24,387 bases of DNA from a virus (lineage: Duplodnaviria > Caudoviricetes): IMG/VR virus record IMGVR_UViG_3300044723_001636, positions 1-24,387 of that record. One strand, 5' to 3'. The translations under genes and the position numbers were made by a program. The notes under the pieces are model-generated. The model ran no database searches. It saw only the letters and a list, made by a program, of their open reading frames with translations, and was not told the origin of the DNA. Below, piece by piece: positions 17,296 to 24,387 of the stretch. Numbering within the stretch: the first letter of the stretch is position 1; each line of letters begins with the position of its first letter.

Positions 17296-17445
17296 ATGTG
17301 GAAATATTGGTGTAAAGCAATCGGTACAAAGGCATTTGACGAGGATAATAAAGCAGATAAAGTAGCAATTATTAGAACTTGCTGGATTATACTGCATATT
17401 GTTACTTGCATTGCAATTATATCTAACACATTGAGGCAGTGGTAA
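17296..17445 (+). CDS. 49-aa small membrane protein (not in the ORF track)
   Basis: MWKYWCKAIGTKAFDEDNKADKVAIIRTCWIILHIVTCIAIISNTLRQW; one hydrophobic segment; stop abuts the TTG at 17446. Confidence 0.7.
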   Translation: MWKYWCKAIGTKAFDEDNKADKVAIIRTCWIILHIVTCIAIISNTLRQW

Positions 17446-18753
17446 TTGATAACATTAGGAATCTCAGAGGGGTTTCATAATTCGTCTGTCTGCTATGTAG
17501 AGGACGGTGAAATATTGTTTGCTTCAGAATCAGAAAGATATACTGGTAATAAAAATGATAGGTGGGTACCAGGTGACATATTAGATATGTATGAATGTGA
17601 CAATATGGTTTATTATGAAAAACCATTTAAAAAAAATATTAGAAGACTTTTAGCAGGTCAGTCGTGGGAAAAAACTAGATTTAAATATGATAACTACTAC
17701 TCACATCATTTATCTCACGCCGGCGCAGGTTATTACACTGCACCATTCGAAGATTGTAATATATTAGTTATAGATGCTATTGGTGAATGGGAAACAATAA
17801 CAATATGGGACAATCTAAAAAAGATTAGGTCGTGGTCGTATCCATATTCTCTAGGATTATTATATTCAGCAGTAACACAATATTTAGGATTTAAACCAAA
17901 CGAAGAAGAATATATTGTTATGGGTATGTCAGCATTTGGTGAACCCATTTATAATTATGAATATTTGTTATATGAAAATAATCATAGAGGTATAAAATTT
18001 TTAAAAGGTAAACCAGAAGATATCGCCGCCTCAATACAAAAATTATATGAAGATGAGTTGTTAAAATTGGTAAAGATGTGTCCGAAGAAAAACTTAATAC
18101 TTATGGGTGGTTGTGCTTTAAATTGTGTTGCTAATAGTAAAATCAAAGGTAAGAACATTTGGATTATGCCATCACCCGGTGATGCAGGTAGTTCTTTAGG
18201 TGCATCAGCATTGAAACAAGGTAAGATTAATTGGAAACACCCATATTTAGGTTATGATATTAGCAGACATATAAACCCTAAAGAAGTTGTAGATGATTTA
18301 TTAGAAAATAAAATAGTAGGTGTAGCAAATGGTAGAGCAGAATTTGGACCTAGAGCATTAGGTAATCGTTCTTTATTAGGTGACCCTAGATATGATATCA
18401 AAGATACTGTTAACACAATTAAAAGAAGACAAAAGTTTAGACCTTTTGCACCTGCAATATTAGAAGAGTTTGCAGATGAATATTTTGAAGGTCCTATGAA
18501 TCGTTATATGCAGTTTGTATCAAAAGCAAAACACGACTACAAATCAGTAACTCACGTTGACAATACTGCAAGAGTTCAAATAGTAGAAAAAGATTGTAAA
18601 TCTGTAATAAGACCTATACTTGAAGAGTTTTATGAAAGAACTAAAGTTCCTATGTTGTTAAATACATCTTTAAATATAAAAGGTAAACCTATGGTAAATA
18701 CAGAGAAAGATGCTAATAAGTTTACAGAAAGATATAATGTAAATGTCTGGTAA
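17446..18753 (+). CDS. Carbamoyltransferase (NodU/CmcH/TobZ family)
   Basis: LGISEGFHNSS, ESERYTGNKND, HHLSHA, DAIGE, SLGLLYS, EEYIVMGMS, GGCALNCVAN, PGDAGSSLG, EFGPRALGNRS, FRPFAP, HVDNTARVQ, LLNTSLN. Confidence 0.95.
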   Translation: MITLGISEGFHNSSVCYVEDGEILFASESERYTGNKNDRWVPGDILDMYECDNMVYYEKPFKKNIRRLLAGQSWEKTRFKYDNYYSHHLSHAGAGYYTAPFEDCNILVIDAIGEWETITIWDNLKKIRSWSYPYSLGLLYSAVTQYLGFKPNEEEYIVMGMSAFGEPIYNYEYLLYENNHRGIKFLKGKPEDIAASIQKLYEDELLKLVKMCPKKNLILMGGCALNCVANSKIKGKNIWIMPSPGDAGSSLGASALKQGKINWKHPYLGYDISRHINPKEVVDDLLENKIVGVANGRAEFGPRALGNRSLLGDPRYDIKDTVNTIKRRQKFRPFAPAILEEFADEYFEGPMNRYMQFVSKAKHDYKSVTHVDNTARVQIVEKDCKSVIRPILEEFYERTKVPMLLNTSLNIKGKPMVNTEKDANKFTERYNVNVW

Positions 18754-19582
18754 ATTATTAATTGTTGGTGATAGTTTTTGTTCTAGATATGTCGAGGATA
18801 CTAAAAAGTACCACTCAGTAAAGAAAAAACCTTATATATGGAAAGTACCAAAATTCAAATACTGGTTTGATTATTTAGGTGATAAGTTAAATTTAGAACT
18901 TCTCAATTTATCTTTTCGTGGTGCTGGTAATCAACAAATATTTGACAATACATTATATGCATTAAATACAAATGACGACATAGAGTTCGCAGTAATTTGT
19001 TGGTCAGAGTTTGATAGAATCGATTTACTAAATGGTAGTTCTGAAAATAGAAATTCGGTTCATATCAACTTGTCAAGCACATACACTGATATAAACTCAT
19101 CTAACACCTATAGAAATCTCTCTAAAAAATATAACTATTTCTTTACAGAAGATAAATTATTTGATGCAATGTGTATGATGGATAAATTTATAAACTATTC
19201 CATAACAGTAGATAACTTACTGAAACATAGAAAAATAAAAAATATACAAGCATTTTCAGTTACACCATTTTTATCTATAAAAAAACAAAATAGAATGTCA
19301 CAGATTAGTTTATTTAACGAGTATTTAAATCACGAGTTATTTGATAAGTTGAATGATGAAAATTTCTTTATGTATCCTGGTGTAAAAGAGTTAGGTGGTG
19401 GCAATTTTAATGACCTGACAATAGACAATGAAAATTATGTGTTAAACTCTGAAAAAAATACTAACAAAGAGTTAGCAGATCAAGGGTGGATAATCGACAA
19501 TCACCCTAACGGAGAGGGTAATAAAGTAATTTTTGATAAATTATTTCGTTTCATACTTGACAAATATAAAAAAATAGTATAG
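18743..19582 (+). CDS. SGNH/GDSL hydrolase-like protein
   Basis: Block I IVGDSF, block II NLSFRGAGN, block V DNHPNGEGN. Confidence 0.7.
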   Translation: MSGKLLIVGDSFCSRYVEDTKKYHSVKKKPYIWKVPKFKYWFDYLGDKLNLELLNLSFRGAGNQQIFDNTLYALNTNDDIEFAVICWSEFDRIDLLNGSSENRNSVHINLSSTYTDINSSNTYRNLSKKYNYFFTEDKLFDAMCMMDKFINYSITVDNLLKHRKIKNIQAFSVTPFLSIKKQNRMSQISLFNEYLNHELFDKLNDENFFMYPGVKELGGGNFNDLTIDNENYVLNSEKNTNKELADQGWIIDNHPNGEGNKVIFDKLFRFILDKYKKIV

Positions 19583-19585
19583 TAT
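19557..19585 (+). promoter_or_regulatory. Sigma70-type promoter
   Basis: TTGACA-17 nt-TAGTAT; SD GGAG before ATG 19624. Confidence 0.65.
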
Positions 19586-19623
19586 GTATATATTGATTCG
19601 TTAATTAACAATATGGAGATATT

Positions 19624-19944
19624 ATGTATAGAAAACTAAGCAAAAAAGCAAAGATTATGAACATCTTAAACCGTGGTAGCAGTGTTACTTGGAAACAACT
19701 AAAGACAACTTATGGTCTAAAGTCACCAAGAGCAATGATAGATACTATCAGAAGAGATGGTGTTTGTGTTTATGCTAACAAGGACAAGAGAGGTAACACT
19801 TTCTATAGAATAGGTAAACCAACAGGTGCTATGTTAAAAGCAGGTGTTGCCAAGATTGGTTCAATGAAGAACGTAACATTTGATAGCATTGTAGCAGAAG
19901 GTGTTAGAGAAGTTCTAGGTACCGAGTTTGCTTACAGTAACTAG
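19624..19944 (+). CDS. Basic, probable winged helix-turn-helix DNA-binding protein
   Basis: KIMNILNRG.SVTWKQL...YGLKSPRAMIDTIRRDG.CVY...TFYRIG fits three helices plus a beta wing; own promoter and SD. Confidence 0.6.
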   Translation: MYRKLSKKAKIMNILNRGSSVTWKQLKTTYGLKSPRAMIDTIRRDGVCVYANKDKRGNTFYRIGKPTGAMLKAGVAKIGSMKNVTFDSIVAEGVREVLGTEFAYSN

Positions 19945-19973
19945 TTGACATATAATTAATTATATGTTACTAT
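19945..19973 (+). promoter_or_regulatory. Sigma70-type promoter
   Basis: TTGACA-17 nt-TACTAT with an extended -10 TG. Confidence 0.75.
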
Positions 19974-19976
19974 AAA

Positions 19977-20040
19977 ATATGGTTGATTCACTATTTCCTT
20001 TCAAGTTTTATCATTACAGTGAGTCAACCATATATTTTTT
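19977..20040 (+). ncRNA. Candidate ~60-nt small RNA or attenuator hairpin
   Basis: 16-bp stem ATATGGTTGATTCACT / AGTGAGTCAACCATAT (one G-U), 25-nt pyrimidine-rich loop, then a T6 tract, directly after a promoter. Confidence 0.45.
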
Positions 20041-20043
20041 ATT

Positions 20044-20520
20044 ATGAAAGAATTTAATTACAAATTACCATATAAAGAACTAGATTTTACTAATAAATCA
20101 ATACGACAATTATATAGAATTGGAAGAGGTGAACAAGGTGTTTTATTAGTAAGACCTTACACAGATGATATTTGTAAGTATTGGAAATTTAAAATACCTC
20201 CTATAGCAAAAAAATCTGCTCAAAAGATTTACGAAATGTATGCTGACTACAAAGTAAAGAATGATTTTGTAGGTATGGATATGTGTCGTAAGTTTTTAGA
20301 AATGGGATTTACAAGAGCAAGAAGATATGCTAATCATAAAGATGGTAAAAAATATAATACAGATGGTACAATCAAACCACAAGAAAAAGATTGGGCGACA
20401 AGTAACAAAGCAATATCGGCAACTATATTTAAAGAGTACAGAGATAGGGTTGCAAAAGATTCTAAATATAAAGCAATGAGAAAACATTGGCGTGATTTTG
20501 AAAATACTATAGGAGTTTAA
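20044..20520 (+). CDS. DUF4385-like protein
   Basis: YRIGRGEQGVLLVRPY...WKFK...DFVGMDMCRKFLEMGFTRARRYANHKDGKKY, recognised as the DUF4385 pattern. Confidence 0.8.
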   Translation: MKEFNYKLPYKELDFTNKSIRQLYRIGRGEQGVLLVRPYTDDICKYWKFKIPPIAKKSAQKIYEMYADYKVKNDFVGMDMCRKFLEMGFTRARRYANHKDGKKYNTDGTIKPQEKDWATSNKAISATIFKEYRDRVAKDSKYKAMRKHWRDFENTIGV

Positions 20521-21540
20521 ATGAATGATTTTTTAAAAGAGATTGTAAAAGATGTGAATAATGATTATGCTAGTTTGGCGAGTGATGGTATTGCAGGTGG
20601 TGATGTAACGTCATTTATAGATACAGGTTCATATTCTTTTAATGCTTTATTATCTGGTTCAATATATGGTGGATTACCTGCTAATCGCATTACTGCAATT
20701 GCTGGTGAGGCGGCGACAGGTAAAACTTTCTTTGCATTAGGTATCTGTAAAAACTTTTTAGATGCATCACCTGATGCAGGTATAATTTATTTTGAGTCAG
20801 AAAATGCTATATCAAAAACTTTGATCGAGAGTAGAGGTGTAGATAGTAAAAGAGTTGTTGTCTATCCTGTTGCAACAGTGCAAGAATTTAGAACACAAGC
20901 AGTGCAAATTATAGACAAGTATCTTGCACAACCCGAAGAGAAAAGACAACCAATTATGTTTGTGTTAGATAGTTTAGGTATGTTATCAACCACAAAAGAA
21001 ATGGAAGATACTGCCGCCGGTAAAGAAACAAGAGATATGACTAGAAGTCAAATTGTTAAATCGGCATTTAGAGTTTTAACATTGAAATTAGGTAAAGCAA
21101 ATATACCTATGATAATGACTAATCATACTTATGATGTTATTGGTTCAATGTACCCACAAAAAGAAATGGGTGGTGGTTCAGGTCTGAAATATGCCGCCTC
21201 ATCTATCGTATATCTAGGTAAGAAAAAAGAAAAAGAAGGAACTGAAGTTGTAGGTAATATTATTCATTGTAAAAATTACAAGTCAAGAATTACAAAAGAA
21301 AATGCAATGATTGATGTTAGATTAACTTACACTAAAGGTCTTGATAAACATTATGGTTTATTAGAACTTGCTGAAGAGGCAGGTATATTTAAAAAAGTAT
21401 CAACAAGATATGAATTGCCAAGTGGTGCAAAACTATATGGTAAACAAATATTAAATGAACCAGAAAAACATTTTACAGAAGAGGTATTAGATAAGATAGA
21501 TGAGTATGCAAAACACAAGTTCTCTTACGGGACTGAATAA
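20521..21540 (+). CDS. uvsX: UvsX RecA-like recombinase
   Basis: DTGSY.FNALLSG, Walker [43 protein letters not shown]. Confidence 0.96.
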   Translation: MNDFLKEIVKDVNNDYASLASDGIAGGDVTSFIDTGSYSFNALLSGSIYGGLPANRITAIAGEAATGKTFFALGICKNFLDASPDAGIIYFESENAISKTLIESRGVDSKRVVVYPVATVQEFRTQAVQIIDKYLAQPEEKRQPIMFVLDSLGMLSTTKEMEDTAAGKETRDMTRSQIVKSAFRVLTLKLGKANIPMIMTNHTYDVIGSMYPQKEMGGGSGLKYAASSIVYLGKKKEKEGTEVVGNIIHCKNYKSRITKENAMIDVRLTYTKGLDKHYGLLELAEEAGIFKKVSTRYELPSGAKLYGKQILNEPEKHFTEEVLDKIDEYAKHKFSYGTE

Positions 21541-21817
21541 AACTTATAAGTTTGTACAAAAACCGGGTGAAGACTTTGCTTGTATTCAACTACTTGGTGG
21601 TGAATATGATGGTGTTGTGTATAAACATAACAATATAAAGTTTGCACCTAAACCAAATGAAAATGATGAGATACCTTTGAAGTTTGATTATGATGTATTA
21701 GTCAATCCAAATAAAGCAAAGGTAGACACTCAAGAATTTATGCACTATATTGGTGACATACTGTTAGAGGTAGTGCAATATCAACTAGACAATAACACTT
21801 TAAAATTTAATGAATAA
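21500..21817 (+). CDS. Conserved phage hypothetical protein (sits where T4 has gp40)
   Basis: 105 aa ORF between uvsX and gp41 overlapping both neighbours; function not evident from sequence. Confidence 0.65.
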   Translation: MSMQNTSSLTGLNKTYKFVQKPGEDFACIQLLGGEYDGVVYKHNNIKFAPKPNENDEIPLKFDYDVLVNPNKAKVDTQEFMHYIGDILLEVVQYQLDNNTLKFNE

Positions 21818-22355
21818 TTATATTACCTTTTACAATGATGTTTTACCTAAAGAATTTTGTGATAGCATCATTCAAAAATATGAAGATGATAATGGTAAAG
21901 AACTCATAGAAAATAGTAATATGAGGTTTACTCAATTAAATATTAATACATCTAGTCAATGGCAAAACATAGTAAAAAATTTAATGAGAAATTGTTTTTT
22001 ACCATTAATAGAAAGGTATAAAAAGGAGTTTAATATAGATCAGTTTCCAAAAGATTATGCCTATGAGCAGTTAAGAATTAAAAAATATATGCCTAATGAT
22101 TTAGATGAATTTAAATTACACGTTGATGTTGAAGATCACCAAACTGCTAAAAGATTTTTAGTGTTCTTTATTTATTTGAATGATAATGAAAAAGGGTTGA
22201 CTTGTTTTCCTGATTATGATATAAAAGTACAACCAAAAGCAGGTAGAGTGTTAATGTTTCCACCTTTGTGGACACACAGACATTATGCTGAAAAACCAAT
22301 AAAAGAACCAAAGTATATTTTAGGTTCTTATTTACATTATGTAGGTGCGTTATGA
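21810..22355 (+). CDS. 2OG-Fe(II) oxygenase (prolyl-4-hydroxylase-like)
   Basis: FKLHVD (HxD), RFLVFFIYLND, G.T.F, VQPKAGRVLMFPP.WTHRH, KYI. Confidence 0.88.
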   Translation: MNNYITFYNDVLPKEFCDSIIQKYEDDNGKELIENSNMRFTQLNINTSSQWQNIVKNLMRNCFLPLIERYKKEFNIDQFPKDYAYEQLRIKKYMPNDLDEFKLHVDVEDHQTAKRFLVFFIYLNDNEKGLTCFPDYDIKVQPKAGRVLMFPPLWTHRHYAEKPIKEPKYILGSYLHYVGAL

Positions 22356-23710
22356 GTGAAAGAGTAGAACTAACAATATTAAGAAACTTGTTTTTCAATG
22401 AAGACTTTACAAGAAAGGTAACACCTTTTATTAAACCAGATTACTTTACAAGTAGAGATGAGAGAATACTATTTGAAGAAGTAGAAAAGTTTATTGTAAA
22501 ATATAAGAACAGTCCTACTAAAGAGGCGATACTAATTGAACTTGGTAAACGTAAAGATATAAATGATGATGAATGTAAGTCTGTAGAAAATCTTGTCAAT
22601 GGTTTTAGAAATGAAGAAGTAGATTTACAATGGTTGTTAGATACTACAGAACAATTTTGTAAAGATAGAGCAGTGCATAATGCAGTATTAGATGGTATTA
22701 AAATACTTGATAACAAAGATAAGAAAAGAACACCAGAGGCGATACCGTCTATATTATCAGAGGCACTTGCAGTTTCTTTTGATAGTCATATTGGTCACGA
22801 TTATATTGATGATGCTGAAAGAAGATTTGAGTGGTATCGCACTAAAGAAAAGAAGTATCAGTTTGATTTAAATTATTTCAACAAGATTACTAAAGGTGGT
22901 GTTCCTGCTAAAACTTTAAATGTTGCACTTGCTGGTACTGGTGTTGGTAAAAGTTTGTTTATGTGTCACGTTGCGTCATCATATTTAACACAAGGTTATA
23001 GTGTTTTATATGTTACATTAGAAATGGCAGAAGAAAAGATTGCTGAAAGAATAGATGCTAACTTATTAGATTTAACTGTTGATGATTTACATACTGTACC
23101 AAAACAATTGTATGAAGACAAAGTAAAAAAGATAAACAACAAGACTGCTGGTAAATTAATCATTAAAGAATATCCTACTGCATCAGCACACGCAGGTCAT
23201 TTTAGAGCATTGATAAATGAATTGTCTTTAAAGAAAGACTTCAAACCTGATGTGGTGTTTATTGATTATCTAAATATTTGTTCAAGTAGTAGATTTAAAG
23301 GTGGTAATATATCATCTTATTTTTATATCAAAGCAATTGCTGAAGAGTTAAGAGGTTTAGCAGTTGAGTTTAATGTGCCAATCTTTAGTGCTACACAAAC
23401 TACAAGAAGTGGTTTTGTGTCTACAGATATTGGTTTAGAAGATACATCTGAAAGTTTTGGTTTACCAGCAACTGCCGATTTTATGTTTGCGTTGATGAGT
23501 AATGATGAGTTAGAGTCATTGGGTCAAATGAAAGTTAAACAATTAAAGAACAGATACAATGATCCCAGTCAAAACAAAACATTTGTTATTGGTGTTGACA
23601 GAGCAAAGATGAGATTGTATGATGTAGAAAATTCTGCACAGACATTGGTAGATAGTAATATTAATAAAACAGAGGACGCATATGATAAATTTAGTGACTT
23701 TAAGTTATGA
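22352..23710 (+). CDS. 41: Replicative DNA helicase (T4 gp41, DnaB family)
   Basis: AGTGVGKS, TLEMAEEKIAERIDAN, IKEYPT, IDYLNIC, AEELRGLA, SATQTTR, SESFGLPATAD, KQLKNRY. Confidence 0.98.
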   Translation: MSERVELTILRNLFFNEDFTRKVTPFIKPDYFTSRDERILFEEVEKFIVKYKNSPTKEAILIELGKRKDINDDECKSVENLVNGFRNEEVDLQWLLDTTEQFCKDRAVHNAVLDGIKILDNKDKKRTPEAIPSILSEALAVSFDSHIGHDYIDDAERRFEWYRTKEKKYQFDLNYFNKITKGGVPAKTLNVALAGTGVGKSLFMCHVASSYLTQGYSVLYVTLEMAEEKIAERIDANLLDLTVDDLHTVPKQLYEDKVKKINNKTAGKLIIKEYPTASAHAGHFRALINELSLKKDFKPDVVFIDYLNICSSSRFKGGNISSYFYIKAIAEELRGLAVEFNVPIFSATQTTRSGFVSTDIGLEDTSESFGLPATADFMFALMSNDELESLGQMKVKQLKNRYNDPSQNKTFVIGVDRAKMRLYDVENSAQTLVDSNINKTEDAYDKFSDFKL

Positions 23711-23907
23711 TTAAGTTAAGATATAAAAAAAGAATGAAAAAGAAGGGTAATAAAATAGTATGGCAAATACTTGAAAGACCCACAAATTCTTTAGTAGGCG
23801 AGTATTTCTTTGAAGAAGATGCTAAACAAATAGTTGATTTTCAAAATAAAAATCAAGTATGGGCAGTAAATGGTGGTGTTCCAAGTTTTATGGTGATTAA
23901 GACGTAA
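23707..23907 (+). CDS. Small hypothetical protein
   Basis: 66 aa; ATGA-like overlap with the gp41 end (TTATGA at 23705-23710). Confidence 0.7.
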   Translation: MIKLRYKKRMKKKGNKIVWQILERPTNSLVGEYFFEEDAKQIVDFQNKNQVWAVNGGVPSFMVIKT

Positions 23908-23912
23908 ACTTA

Positions 23913-23920
23913 TATAAATA
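23913..23920 (+). promoter_or_regulatory. T4-type late promoter (gp55-dependent)
   Basis: Exact TATAAATA in the intergenic gap, about 60 nt upstream of ATG 23981. Confidence 0.8.
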
Positions 23921-23980
23921 ATAGAAACTGAATATATTGTATGGGAAGGTGATTATATTTATGGGACAAATGAGGAATAT

Positions 23981-24387
23981 ATGCTTAGTTTCAAAACATT
24001 TGCTACGGCAGGTAAGAATTTACATTTAGAACACCTAGAAGATCAGATCATAGATAAAGGTGCTGAAGGTGGTAAACAAGCAGTAGCATTTTTAAAATCC
24101 ATTAGACAAATGTTACAAGGTGACTCTAGAAGTAGTGTCAATGTAACTGTTAAATGGGACGGAGCACCAGCAGTTTTTGTTGGTACTAATCCAGAAAATG
24201 GTAAATTCTTTGTTGGAACTAAATCAGTATTTAATAAAAATCCTAAAATAAACTATTCAATATCAGATATACAAAAAAATCATTCAGGTGGTGTTGTTGA
24301 TAAGTTGATTGCATCATTTAATGAATTAAAAAGAGTTTTCAAACCAGGTATCATATTACAAGGCGATTTATTATTTACAAAGTCTGA
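23981..24387 (+). CDS. Conserved T4-like phage protein with a nucleotidyltransferase/ligase-like KWDG motif (DUF6267-like), 3'-truncated
   Basis: Not in the ORF track because it has no stop. SD GAGGA, then MLSFKTFATAGKNLHLEHLED...VTVKWDGAPAVFVG...FFVGTKSVFNKNPK...LQGDLLF, open to the window end. Confidence 0.8.
   Translation, partial: MLSFKTFATAGKNLHLEHLEDQIIDKGAEGGKQAVAFLKSIRQMLQGDSRSSVNVTVKWDGAPAVFVGTNPENGKFFVGTKSVFNKNPKINYSISDIQKNHSGGVVDKLIASFNELKRVFKPGIILQGDLLFTKS

Noticed and set aside
167-22716. All minus-strand ORFs in the track (61-106 aa) and the + strand ORF 1015-1218
   Set aside because: They lie within or across well-supported + strand genes, have no recognisable motifs and look like shadow ORFs.
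13571-23710. Inteins, introns or homing endonucleases in gp43, uvsX or gp41
   Set aside because: Lengths are normal and motifs are contiguous; no splice-junction or LAGLIDADG/GIY-YIG signatures seen.
23940-23976. Repeated TATGGGA in the late leader
   Set aside because: Only two short copies; no array structure or convincing hairpin.
1-24387. CRISPR array, tRNA/rRNA genes, transposases, stop-codon recoding
   Set aside because: No regularly spaced repeats, cloverleaf or transposase motifs seen; genes are intact under the standard code and end in TAA, TGA and TAG.

Overview
AT-rich (roughly 30% GC by eye) segment of a T4-like myovirus genome, probably from a marine phage of a Gram-negative, low-GC heterotroph; a SAR11-like alphaproteobacterial host is plausible but unproven. 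All credible genes are on the + strand. The core replication module is gp46 (3' end), gp45, gp44, gp62, regA, gp43, uvsX and gp41, interrupted by accessory blocks. Block 1 lies between gp46 and gp45: peptide deformylase, then a translationally coupled run of a C5 DNA methyltransferase with a motif X Asn-to-Arg change, an asparagine-synthetase-like ATP amide ligase, a CmoA-like carboxy-SAM synthase, KdsA and GlyA. This looks like a DNA cytosine carboxymethylation/hypermodification pathway. It is followed by a ParB-like plus HNH-like gene pair and hsp20 with a ROSE-like RNA thermometer. Block 2 is a RimK-protease fusion between regA and gp43. Block 3, between gp43 and uvsX, holds an N6A/N4C methyltransferase, a carbamoyltransferase and an SGNH-like gene. 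Non-coding signals include repeated sigma70-type promoters, one RpoH-like promoter, a T4 late promoter, a candidate small RNA with an anti-Shine-Dalgarno loop, and apparent window-wide absence of RGCY, GCWGC, GAAGC and CATG. Protein calls come from motif recognition by eye; no database searches were run.
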